Below are positions 1 to 9,117 of a DNA stretch of 41,678 nt, piece by piece; position 1 is the first letter of the stretch; every line of letters starts with the position of its first letter. The position numbers were made by a program, and so were the translations under genes. This DNA is from Sulfurimonadaceae bacterium (GTDB lineage: Bacteria > Campylobacterota > Campylobacteria > Campylobacterales > Sulfurimonadaceae): assembly GCA_041548245.1 (NCBI GenBank), contig JBFESZ010000004.1, forward strand, positions 1 to 41,678. The letters are read 5' to 3'. Under the pieces are notes generated by a model. That model worked only from the letters and a program-made list of their open reading frames with translations, searched no databases and was not told the origin of the DNA.

Positions 1-137
1 TAAAAAAAGAGTTTGATACTATTACATTGCTATCAATTAGCAAAAGTTTGAATGTATTTTATGAAAAAAATAATTTTCAAGAAGATTTATTGAAAACAAA
101 ACAAAAGAATACTACAAACTATATGTGGACCAAATAG
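1..137 (+). CDS. 3' end of a CDS entering from the left, possibly a GNAT acetyltransferase
   Basis: Frame 3 reads KKEFDTITLLSISKSLNVFYEKNNFQEDLLKTKQKNTTNYMWTK* (TAG 135-137). FYEKNNF resembles the C-terminal GNAT FYxKxGF motif. Partial, not in the ORF track. Confidence 0.4.
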   Translation, partial: KKEFDTITLLSISKSLNVFYEKNNFQEDLLKTKQKNTTNYMWTK

Positions 138-219
138 AGTTGTGAAAAACTAAAAAAAAGTGTCATGTAAGAAAAAGGGGATAGGCTGCTTATTACTGTC
201 CTTTAGATTTTAGGTTTAA

Positions 220-456
220 CTATTTAATAGAACATCCCTTAAATGTAGTGCCATAATAACAGCCTTTTATCTTCATCCTATCCATTGCCTGTTCATAATT
301 CAGGTCTGAGTCTTTGGTGAGTTCAAAAGTTTCAACAAAACCTTTAATGCTGTAGCCATCAGGCATCTCAAATTTTTCTATATCGGTACCGTGTTCTACT
401 AGCACCCATATATCAGCACCGGACTCTGCTGAAACATCATATTTGTCTACTCTCAT
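220..456 (-). CDS. small hypothetical protein (78 aa)
   Basis: ORF with AAAGGG SD-like element before the ATG, protein-like composition, no competing gene on the other strand. Confidence 0.6.
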   Translation of the reverse strand: MRVDKYDVSAESGADIWVLVEHGTDIEKFEMPDGYSIKGFVETFELTKDSDLNYEQAMDRMKIKGCYYGTTFKGCSIK

Positions 457-598
457 CTAAACCCTTTGTGGTAACTGTTTTTATTATGCTTATTGTATCA
501 AAGTTCAAAGAGGAGATTGGTCTTTTCTGTAAATCTTAGATATTTAGGCACTATATTATTTACCTGACGCCATTTATGTTCATCTGAGTAAGTTCCGC

Positions 599-604
599 TA
601 AAAT
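599..604 (+). promoter_or_regulatory. -10 box (TAAAAT) 6 nt upstream of ATG 611; probable leaderless transcript
   Basis: gcTAAAATtccgccATG with no Shine-Dalgarno. Confidence 0.5.
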
Positions 605-610
605 TCCGCC

Positions 611-1138
611 ATGAATAAGAAAAGATTAGCCATATTAAGCAACGGAAATTTAGCCAAGAAAGATCAGGGAATGCCCCTTTATACGGGGAAGTACCTTGAG
701 TCCAACTACAGTTTTGAGCCATCAGTAGACATTATCTTTAATGATATTGAGGGAATGAGTCTGATAAACATCTTCATGCAGTACCAGATGGTCATTGTAC
801 TTGATGTTATCGGTGTGGATGATACTCCGGGTTCAATTTATCACATTCCTATGCAAGAGTTTCGTAGTTTAGATACGAGTGAGAACAGTGATGATACGGG
901 TGTTCTGGGTTGTTTAAATATATTAGAAAGCAAAAGAGAGATGTTGCCTGATGTCAGCCTTCTTGCGATTGTTCCCGATGCTATGGAAGAGGGTATAGGA
1001 CTCAGTCCTATCCTGAAACACTCCATGGAAGCCTATGTGTTAAATATTGTCAAAAGTATTGAGAAACAAGGCTTTAGTTATGAGGAAAAGCCTGAGAAAA
1101 TGACAATAGACAACATTGTCGAAAGTTTTAATACATAG
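611..1138 (+). CDS. hydrogenase maturation protease (HydD/HybD family)-like protein with degenerate active site
   Basis: GN..KDQG, YLESNYSF.P.VDII, VIVLDV, PGSIY, AIVP, GLSP match the family. Glu is replaced by Gln and the His ligand is absent. Confidence 0.8.
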   Translation: MNKKRLAILSNGNLAKKDQGMPLYTGKYLESNYSFEPSVDIIFNDIEGMSLINIFMQYQMVIVLDVIGVDDTPGSIYHIPMQEFRSLDTSENSDDTGVLGCLNILESKREMLPDVSLLAIVPDAMEEGIGLSPILKHSMEAYVLNIVKSIEKQGFSYEEKPEKMTIDNIVESFNT

Positions 1139-1140
1139 TC

Positions 1141-1161
1141 ACTTTCAAACTCTTTGAAAGT
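1141..1161. terminator. inverted repeat (hairpin or operator) between the HydD-like gene and the FIST kinase
   Basis: ACTTTCAAA-ctc-TTTGAAAGT, perfect 9-bp stem with no strong U-tract. Confidence 0.4.
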
Positions 1162-1265
1162 CAAAATGCAGGAATATTGATTTATAAAACCTAACAGCAA
1201 AGCATCGTCTTTATGCGTTATAATGGAAAAGACGAATAGCTATTGCTTACTAGATTGAGATCGGA

Positions 1266-3689
1266 GTGGACATGAAAGTCGAAAATAGTAGTTTTTTCAG
1301 TATAGAAGAGCTTGATGAAAAACTGGATATATCAGGTATTGACTGTGACAAGACTCTAATCCAGGTATTCAGCGGTTTTGTTTTAAAGGAAGAGATTTTA
1401 AAGATACAGTCCGTTCTCCTATCTAAAAACAGCTCAGCACAGTTTATCGGTACGACTACAGCGGGTGAGATCTATGACGGTCGCTCGTTGTCAAAAAGTA
1501 TTACCGTCTCTATTATCTCATTTGATGACACGGTAGTGAAGCATTGTGATTTTATAAATAATGGTGATTATGCATTAGGTGAGACATTGGGGAAATCTCT
1601 TTTTGGCCCAAAGACCAAAGCGAGTATCATCTTTGTAAGCGGGCTCAATACAAGTGAAAACAGTGTACCGATGAATGGAAGCAATGTTGTCGAAGGTATA
1701 GCGAGTGTCGACAGTTCTATTCCTATAGCCGGTGGTATCTCCGGTGAAAATGGTGCGTTTATAGAAACGTTGGCCTTTAATCATAACAATGTTTACAGCA
1801 ATGGAGCTGTTGGAGTTTCGTTAAACAGTGACACGCTGCAAGTGGAAAACGGTTATCAGTTAAACTGGAAAGGGATCGGCAAGGTGATGACCGTGACCAA
1901 GGCTGATCAGAACCGAATTTATGAGCTTGATCATGTACCTGTCGTTGAAGTCTATCGAAAATATTTGGGTAATGATATCGCCGATCAGTTACCGCACTCA
2001 GCAACGGAGTTTCCACTCATTGTCATCGATGGGGATGTAGAAGTGTGTAGAGCACCCTTAGAGACTTTTGATGATGGGTCCATGTTAATGTTCGGAAATG
2101 TCAAAAAGGGTGACAAAGTCAGGTTTTCATTGGGTAATATTGACTCCATCATCAGTGAAACGAACCAGAGAAGTCGTGTTTATGGTGATTTTCAACCCGA
2201 AGCGATGTTCTGTTTTAGCTGCGCGGGACGTATCGGTTTTCTGCAAGACAAAGTCTCTTTGGAGCTGGAGCCTTTAAACCGCATCGCCCCTATTACCGGA
2301 TTCTTTACCTATGGAGAGATCACCCATCAAAGTGGCAAAGACTATTTGATGAATAACTCCCTTACCATTTTATCGCTGAGGGAAAAAGTGTTTGATCCAT
2401 CACACAAGACTACCTACGTAGAGGTAAAAAAGAAAAAGAAGCTCGAAAATCTTTTCGATGATAAGCGATTCTTGGTTATCAATGCTCTGACAAATCTCTC
2501 CACTGCCGTTATCAATGAACTGGATGAGGCTAAAAAGGCTGCAGACAAAGCCAATAGGTATAAATCGGAGTTTCTGGCTAACATGTCCCATGAGATACGA
2601 ACACCAATGAACTCTGTCATCGGTATGACAGATCTTGTACTGGATACCGACCTTGATGCCAAACAAAAAAACTATATACAAAAAGCGAATACGGCAGCTA
2701 AAAATCTTCTTGGTATCATTAATGATATATTGGACTTTTCAAAAATCGAAGCGGGTAAACTCGAACTCACTAACACCCATTTTGAGCTCAAAGACATCAT
2801 TAATAATACGCTTCACCTTATTAGTATCGCTGTTCAAGACAAAGACCTCTATACCAGAGTAAAACTCGATAAAGATGTGCCAAAAATCTACTATGCAGAT
2901 GCCCTGAGATTGGGACAAGTTCTTACAAACCTCGCAAGCAATGCCGTTAAATTTTCTCATACAGAGGGGCATATAACGATAGCTATATCTTTGCAAGAAG
3001 AGAATGACACAGAAGCGATTATAAAGTTTTCCGTCATGGATGATGGTATCGGTATAGCATCTGAAGCACAAAAAAGACTATTCCAATCATTCACCCAGGC
3101 AGATAGCTCTACACAAAGAAAATTTGGGGGAACGGGTCTGGGACTTGCCATCTCTAAAAGAATCGTTGACCTCATGGGCGGAGAGATATGGGTAGAGAGT
3201 GAGGAAGGCAAAGGAAGTACCTTCAGTTTTACGGTAACCATGCAAAAATCAGATGCCGATAAGATTATCGAGCATTCAAAGAACAGTGAACAGGTGATGC
3301 AGCAAGTGCTAAAAAGACTGCGTGCTAAACGTGTTTTGCTTGTAGAGGACAATGAGATGAACCAGGAACTGGCAATAGGCTTGCTGGAGTCCAAGGGAAT
3401 GGCAGTCGTTTTGGCCTGCAATGGAGAGGAAGCATTGAAGAAACTCGAAGTTGACAACTTTGATATCGTGCTTATGGACGTACAGATGTCGGTCATGGAC
3501 GGCTATACCGCTACAAAAAAGCTGAGAGAACAGCAGAGGTACAAGGACCTTCCTGTTCTTGCAATGTCGGCGAATGTACTGGCAGAGGATGTGTCCAAGG
3601 CAAAAGAAGCGGGAATGGATGATTACGTCAGTAAACCTATAGACCCCTCTCAGATGTTCATTACCATGGCGAAGTGGGTCAAAGAGTAG
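1266..3689 (+). CDS. FIST (NosP-like) domain hybrid sensor histidine kinase (FIST_N/FIST_C-HisKA-HATPase-REC), cytoplasmic
   Basis: FIST motifs [29 protein letters not shown]-box [51 protein letters not shown]. Start is probably ATG 1272. Confidence 0.92.
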   Translation: MDMKVENSSFFSIEELDEKLDISGIDCDKTLIQVFSGFVLKEEILKIQSVLLSKNSSAQFIGTTTAGEIYDGRSLSKSITVSIISFDDTVVKHCDFINNGDYALGETLGKSLFGPKTKASIIFVSGLNTSENSVPMNGSNVVEGIASVDSSIPIAGGISGENGAFIETLAFNHNNVYSNGAVGVSLNSDTLQVENGYQLNWKGIGKVMTVTKADQNRIYELDHVPVVEVYRKYLGNDIADQLPHSATEFPLIVIDGDVEVCRAPLETFDDGSMLMFGNVKKGDKVRFSLGNIDSIISETNQRSRVYGDFQPEAMFCFSCAGRIGFLQDKVSLELEPLNRIAPITGFFTYGEITHQSGKDYLMNNSLTILSLREKVFDPSHKTTYVEVKKKKKLENLFDDKRFLVINALTNLSTAVINELDEAKKAADKANRYKSEFLANMSHEIRTPMNSVIGMTDLVLDTDLDAKQKNYIQKANTAAKNLLGIINDILDFSKIEAGKLELTNTHFELKDIINNTLHLISIAVQDKDLYTRVKLDKDVPKIYYADALRLGQVLTNLASNAVKFSHTEGHITIAISLQEENDTEAIIKFSVMDDGIGIASEAQKRLFQSFTQADSSTQRKFGGTGLGLAISKRIVDLMGGEIWVESEEGKGSTFSFTVTMQKSDADKIIEHSKNSEQVMQQVLKRLRAKRVLLVEDNEMNQELAIGLLESKGMAVVLACNGEEALKKLEVDNFDIVLMDVQMSVMDGYTATKKLREQQRYKDLPVLAMSANVLAEDVSKAKEAGMDDYVSKPIDPSQMFITMAKWVKE

Positions 3690-3881
3690 CCGGACAGAAT
3701 AAAGGAGGCAGTTTCCGCTTTAAGGCTCTTTGATGAGATGATCACGGGATTGTGCCTGCTGCGCGGGAGTATTCTGAACGATCGTATACATATGAATATT
3801 TTTAAAGTTGACTTGTAGTCTAAAAACTTATCATACATACAGCTATCTTGGCTATAAATCCACATAAAAAACTTACTGCTT

Positions 3882-4217
3882 ATGGAGAAAATGATGGCTG
3901 AAGAAAAAGTCTATGAGGTTATCACCTATGATGAAGAGGTGAAGTTTAAGTACACTTTGCCTGATGAGGATGAAGAAAGAGTTGTTGAATGTGAACTCAC
4001 TTTCGCCTGGGAAGATAGTCTTGAAAAATTTATAGAAGAACATGGTGCCGACAAACCCTATAAAGTTCATACTTTTAAATTAGAAAGACACTACAGGTTC
4101 TTTATAGATCAGTTGGAAAGTCGAACGGAAGATCAGATCGAAGAGGTCGAAGAAGAGATAGCGAATAAAATGAAATTCGGCTTCGAGTTTACGGGACAAC
4201 TGCATAACGACGATTAA
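3882..4217 (+). CDS. acidic hypothetical protein
   Basis: ORF with GGAG SD before MMAEE (likely start near 3891-3894); 5 nt gap to the next gene. Confidence 0.7.
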   Translation: MEKMMAEEKVYEVITYDEEVKFKYTLPDEDEERVVECELTFAWEDSLEKFIEEHGADKPYKVHTFKLERHYRFFIDQLESRTEDQIEEVEEEIANKMKFGFEFTGQLHNDD

Positions 4218-4222
4218 GAACG

Positions 4223-4432
4223 ATGGCGTTTGAGTTTATAGAGTTCAAAGTCGCTCAGAAGTGGATGACTCGTATGGGAAAAAGGTTTATCATCAAAGAG
4301 ATTCGTGAAGACGAAGAGTATCCTCTTGTCTGTATTAGTATGGACACAGGAAAAAAACATTTTTTTGACGAGGATGGTTTTGAAGTGGCAGGTTATCCTA
4401 CGGATAATGATTTAGTTGAAAAAATTTCGTAG
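4223..4432 (+). CDS. small hypothetical beta-rich protein (69 aa)
   Basis: Closely follows the previous ORF and is followed by a hairpin. Confidence 0.65.
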   Translation: MAFEFIEFKVAQKWMTRMGKRFIIKEIREDEEYPLVCISMDTGKKHFFDEDGFEVAGYPTDNDLVEKIS

Positions 4433-4433
4433 T

Positions 4434-4452
4434 AGGTTAAGTCTATTAACCT
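4434..4452 (+). terminator. hairpin after the 3882-4432 gene pair
   Basis: AGGTTAA-gtcta-TTAACCT immediately after the stop codon. Confidence 0.4.
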
Positions 4453-4524
4453 GGCTTCTGAGTTCTTAATAGACATTTTTAGAATACCTCGCCATAATTA
4501 CATATTCAATAAAAAAGAGAAAAA

Positions 4525-4980
4525 ATGCATACCTTACAAATTTCAGAGACTGTATTAGATAATTATAGTAAAGAAAAACTTACTGAAGAGAGAATTGACT
4601 TTTTGAAAGCACAAGTTGATGAACAACTTGATGAAATAGTCGGGAACAAAGAGATATATGATAACTTTTTAAACAAAGTTAAGGTACACCAGCCGATGGA
4701 TAAGATCATACTTTGGATGCTTTTTATGTCAAATGAAGATATTGTCGATGAATATATCGATGAGTTTGGCAAAAGCTATAGAGAGATCATACCGGTCAGT
4801 GATTTGGCAGATCTTTTGGTCTACAGTGTGCATTTAAAAAAAGTTCAGGACATTCAGTTAGATGGATTTGATTATCTGTTAGATTATGAACATCCCGGGA
4901 TTGATGAGATGGACCAATATGCTTTTACCAATGTTCTTCTTTATGTTGAAAAATCAAAACAGCCAGAGATAGAATTCTAG
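4525..4980 (+). CDS. hypothetical acidic helical protein (151 aa)
   Basis: Long ORF with a CATAAT -10-like box upstream. Confidence 0.75.
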   Translation: MHTLQISETVLDNYSKEKLTEERIDFLKAQVDEQLDEIVGNKEIYDNFLNKVKVHQPMDKIILWMLFMSNEDIVDEYIDEFGKSYREIIPVSDLADLLVYSVHLKKVQDIQLDGFDYLLDYEHPGIDEMDQYAFTNVLLYVEKSKQPEIEF

Positions 4981-5019
4981 TTTTATTAGTCAACTTATGA
5001 CTGACTCGTAAAGTCTTTT

Positions 5020-6729
5020 TTACGAAGAACAACTTACGTGCGATACTCCAGCTATATCAAACAAGTGGGAAGGTTTTTCTTTATAGTATTTTTCCTCTAT
5101 CTCTTCAGACTGTTCATCGTATGGATGGGTCATTATTTCCTCTAATTCCCTAATGAGCGTGTAATCACCTTTTTCGGCTGCTTTGTAGGCAGGCACGAGA
5201 AACCATTCGCGCAGTGTGTATTTTGGATTGGTCCTTTTCATTTGCTGTGACAGCTCTTCTTTGGCTTCAGGTGTAGCTGCATTGATAAGTGATTGCCATT
5301 TCTCCAGCCACTCTGTCCATCTGCTTCGGAGTTTTTCATCATAAATAGCATCACCGTAAAAACTTTTTACCAGTGGTTCAATGTTTTCAGGCAAGCCAGA
5401 GAGTTCACGGAAGAAGATGGTGTAATCGACCGATGTCTCTATCATCAGTACGACCAGTTCATTAAAAAGTTCTGCATTAAAACTCTCTAGTCCAAGTTTG
5501 GATGCCCACATCTTGATCATACGCGCCTGCATAAGCTTGGAAAAGCCACTTCTTATCTCATCAAGCTGTTCTAGCTCCTTCTCATACGAATGAAGCAGGG
5601 GAAGCAAAGCCGTGCAAAACATATGAAAGTTTCGCTCTGCAGCTATTGGCTGATTGAGAAATGAGAAGTGAACGCCACCGCCCGTCCACGGCTGATATCT
5701 GGGATCAAACATATCGATAAAGCCAAATGGACCGTAATCAAGGGTAAAGCCTCCCAAGGCTGTGTTGTCACTGTTGAAGTTCCCCTGGCAGTAACCTACA
5801 CGAATCCAGTTTGCAACTAAAGATGTAAGACGGGAGCGAAACTCACGTGCAAGTAAGATCACCTTTTGCTCGATAGGCAGGTTTTTATCGATGACATCGC
5901 TGTATTCACGATCAATAATATGCAAGACGATCTTCTCGAGCTCTTCCATCGCTTTTGGATGTTCGTTTTTACGGGCACGACGACCGAAAAGTTCCAGTTG
6001 ACCTACTCGAAGAAAAGAGGGAGCAACCCGTGTTGTGATCGCCACATCTTCTTCTATCATTACTTCAGGGTCTCTGGAATAGGAACCGTTTAAAAACCAT
6101 GGGCGTTTTACTTTTTCTGTTTTAGAGGTGTACAGACTTAAAGAACGAGATGTTGGAATGCCCAGGGCATGCATATGCTCCTGTGCTAAAAACTCTCGGA
6201 TACTCGACCGTAAGACAGCTCGACCGTCGGCACCACGGCAGTAGGGTGTCCGGCCACCGCCTTTGAGCTGCATCTCCCAGCGTTTTCCCTTGATGACGGC
6301 TTCTAGGATGGAGACAGCACGACCATCACCATAGCCATTACCTGTCTTAAAGGGGCATTGATCGTAATATTCGGTACCATAGATAGAAAGTGCATATCCC
6401 GTTGCCCAACCATGCTTACGTAAAGGCTCTGATAGTTGAGAGGTATCTCCTGAAAACATTCGGATAAAATCTTCCGACTCTGCCAAGCTGTCGGCAAAGC
6501 CCAGTTCGTTAAAAAAGGTTTTACTGTGTATGATATATTCAGGATCCTTGATGGGCGTTGGGTTTACGGGGACATAGTGGCCGCTGAAGACTTGTCGCGG
6601 AAAATGGTCAACACCGTCTGCTGTTGCATCAGGATCACTATGGAGTGTCTCCATAAGTGAATAATCAGCCAATGTCGCGAGATCATCGAGTGTTTCTATC
6701 ATTTCAGAATTTTTCTCTTTCTCTTTCAT
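5020..6729 (-). CDS. selO: SelO/YdiU family protein adenylyltransferase, long type
   Basis: [56 protein letters not shown]-terminal SCSS. Confidence 0.92.
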   Translation of the reverse strand: MKEKEKNSEMIETLDDLATLADYSLMETLHSDPDATADGVDHFPRQVFSGHYVPVNPTPIKDPEYIIHSKTFFNELGFADSLAESEDFIRMFSGDTSQLSEPLRKHGWATGYALSIYGTEYYDQCPFKTGNGYGDGRAVSILEAVIKGKRWEMQLKGGGRTPYCRGADGRAVLRSSIREFLAQEHMHALGIPTSRSLSLYTSKTEKVKRPWFLNGSYSRDPEVMIEEDVAITTRVAPSFLRVGQLELFGRRARKNEHPKAMEELEKIVLHIIDREYSDVIDKNLPIEQKVILLAREFRSRLTSLVANWIRVGYCQGNFNSDNTALGGFTLDYGPFGFIDMFDPRYQPWTGGGVHFSFLNQPIAAERNFHMFCTALLPLLHSYEKELEQLDEIRSGFSKLMQARMIKMWASKLGLESFNAELFNELVVLMIETSVDYTIFFRELSGLPENIEPLVKSFYGDAIYDEKLRSRWTEWLEKWQSLINAATPEAKEELSQQMKRTNPKYTLREWFLVPAYKAAEKGDYTLIRELEEIMTHPYDEQSEEIEEKYYKEKPSHLFDIAGVSHVSCSS

Positions 6730-6910
6730 AATCAGTTCCTAATTTTATAACGATACGCAGGTGTATAGTATCTACTGAGTTTTAGTCGTATTATAGTGCA
6801 GTTGGGTGAAACAATCCATAGCAAAAGAATCTAATCATTTCATGCAAGATTGAAATAGGTTAGAGTGGATTTTTTTAAGTTAGAACAAATATATGCTAAG
6901 TCACATGGAC

Positions 6911-7816
6911 TTAGATGGAATGAGTATCTTTTTTTGTACCCACAAGCCAGTAAGCAATCGCTAGGCCTACTATCACACCACCAATCGTGAGTAAATCATT
7001 TGCCTTGTCCGGTGAGAGAGAATAGATGAGTATCTTACGAATCAGTGCGGCCATAGCCAACATGATAAATGCACCAATCGCAAAGCCTTTCCCTTGAAGA
7101 TGATGTATCTCTTCATGAATCAGTTCAATGGCCGCCCATAAGACCAAAAGACTTCCTAGGACTGTTAAAATGCCTTTTTCGATACCTATATCTGAGAAGA
7201 AAAGAAGATAGATGTCATATCCAAACAGGCCAATGGCAAAAAAAGCAACTAATGCCAAAGCACTTGCTAAAAAAAAGTTGACGTAGGAGTTGAACTTTTT
7301 GAGGCTTGAAAGGATGCTTTTTTCAACTTTTGAAAGTGATAAGAATTTACTGAGCTCTTCTTCTCTATAAGAACTTGTCAAGACATCAAGATTCATATCA
7401 ATGATCTTTTCAATCGCTTTGATTTCTTTTACATGTTGGTCTTTGTCTGTATAAGTGTTTTCAAGACTACGTAAGGCAAAGGTTCTGACAAAATTAAATG
7501 CAGAGTTTACATAGTGTGTGGGAAGACCAATTTTGACATGAATCTCACCAATTTTGTAAAGGTACATAAAGTATTGAAAATCATAGGTTCCGTTAAACAG
7601 GTGAATGAACCATAATTTTATTTTCTGTTTATGGCGTGAGATGATCTTTTTATCTTTTAGAAATTGAGCGGTGTCGCCAAGTCCCCAAATATGATCATAG
7701 AATTCATCTACAAATTGTTCAGATAAAGCTTGCATTGTGGGCTGTAGGTTCTGAAGTAATTGGGCTTCTTCTTCTGAAAACCTATAATCTTGTTTAAATG
7801 TTTTATAGTCTTGCAT
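6911..7816 (-). CDS. protoglobin (globin-coupled sensor) domain fused to a PsiE-like transmembrane domain
   Basis: N-terminal globin FVDEFYDHI ... IGEIHVKIGLPTHYV ... DMNLDVL; four C-terminal hydrophobic helices with ALIRKIL (PsiE-like). Confidence 0.85.
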   Translation of the reverse strand: MQDYKTFKQDYRFSEEEAQLLQNLQPTMQALSEQFVDEFYDHIWGLGDTAQFLKDKKIISRHKQKIKLWFIHLFNGTYDFQYFMYLYKIGEIHVKIGLPTHYVNSAFNFVRTFALRSLENTYTDKDQHVKEIKAIEKIIDMNLDVLTSSYREEELSKFLSLSKVEKSILSSLKKFNSYVNFFLASALALVAFFAIGLFGYDIYLLFFSDIGIEKGILTVLGSLLVLWAAIELIHEEIHHLQGKGFAIGAFIMLAMAALIRKILIYSLSPDKANDLLTIGGVIVGLAIAYWLVGTKKDTHSI

Positions 7817-7939
7817 AGGAATACCTTTTAAATAACGCTATCACTTTATACTTTTAGGGGTAAAGGAGTACTTAAATTGCTTTATAGTAGTTATTTAGAG
7901 TGCGATAATGACTTGTTATGTTTAAAAAACAAGTTGAGA

Positions 7940-8548
7940 TCAGATGATCCAATTTTTTACTGGTATTTTCTCTCTTATTCTATACCACACTAATGGAAAC
8001 ACGACTAAAGATGCCCCAAGAGTCATATATATAGGCAAGATCAAACTTTCTAGGGTGTATTTCTCAATCCCAAAAAGAGCGATGAATGAGCCAAAAAAGA
8101 AACAAAGCCATGCCAAAGGTGCTTCTTCATCGGGAGCCATATAGACAAAACGCAGTGTTGGCAAAAGAGCGAAAAAATCAGCGGCAATTGCCATACTGAT
8201 AGGAAAGAGACCTGAACTGTTTCTAAAAAGATACCATACTACGATGGCAGAGAGTCCTACTAACAGTGAGAATATCTCAAGTCCGTCCGGTTTTTGATTT
8301 TCGCCTTTAAAAAGTGTTAGTATGAAAATGAGGCTTGGATTCACCATGAAAATGACGGTAAGCATCTTGGTGACCTCATCGGCTGTTTGAGGTGTGATGA
8401 TCCAAAAGGCAAAACCGATAACACTCCAGATGAACCATGATATACGGTTAGGTTTGACCGTGCCACGAAAAATGCTTATTGTGTAAGGTAATATCGAGAC
8501 AGCCAGAATAAACTGGGCTAAAAGACCTAAGAGGTAGGGGATTGTCAT
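7940..8548 (-). CDS. polytopic membrane protein of unknown function
   Basis: About 7 hydrophobic segments; motifs PY..SI..G.VKP.R.SW..W and D..A..PT.....P..E. Confidence 0.8.
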   Translation of the reverse strand: MTIPYLLGLLAQFILAVSILPYTISIFRGTVKPNRISWFIWSVIGFAFWIITPQTADEVTKMLTVIFMVNPSLIFILTLFKGENQKPDGLEIFSLLVGLSAIVVWYLFRNSSGLFPISMAIAADFFALLPTLRFVYMAPDEEAPLAWLCFFFGSFIALFGIEKYTLESLILPIYMTLGASLVVFPLVWYRIREKIPVKNWII

Positions 8549-8881
8549 TTATAAAACTATCTTGTCGATCATATCGAATATAGTTTGTATTCCATCGAGC
8601 ACATTGGTTGCCTTGATAACAGACTCATCCTCTTTTTTGATATCATCTATTATTTTTTCAGAAACTGCTTTGATGGCATTGAGTTGTTCATGCAGCCCGT
8701 TTATATCTTTGGTCTGTTCTTCCAGTGCTTCAACATCAAAGTTTTCTAAAAGTTCACCCAGTTCCTCATGTTTTAGCATTACAGGCGAGTGTTCTCGCCC
8801 AAGTTGAGTCGTTTCAAGATAGTTTTTAATCTCGAAAAAGGTGTCTTGTAGTGAATCGTAAAGTGAATTATCTATAGCCAT
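8549..8881 (-). CDS. hypothetical helical/coiled-coil protein
   Basis: Stop abuts the next start (TAA-ATG); TATAAT upstream. Confidence 0.75.
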   Translation of the reverse strand: MAIDNSLYDSLQDTFFEIKNYLETTQLGREHSPVMLKHEELGELLENFDVEALEEQTKDINGLHEQLNAIKAVSEKIIDDIKKEDESVIKATNVLDGIQTIFDMIDKIVL

Positions 8882-9117
8882 GAACTCTCTTTTTTTATCG
8901 AATTATATAGCAGGAAGGTCAAATTAAACCTATGAAACAAATTAAAAAAAAGGTGACAGCTATTTTTTATATTTATTTAGAGAACGTCTAGGTTGATGAC
9001 ATGGATAAACAGCTACCGTAAGTACGATAACTCCTATGAAATCCTAAGATGATATAAGCTCTAATTCGATACTATTTGACTCTTAATACAGTTTCATAAT
9101 CAAAAGGTTTACAAATA

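Noticed and set aside
220-456. YcgL-like fold for the 78-aa ORF
   Set aside because: Resemblance limited to a few residues; not enough to assign.
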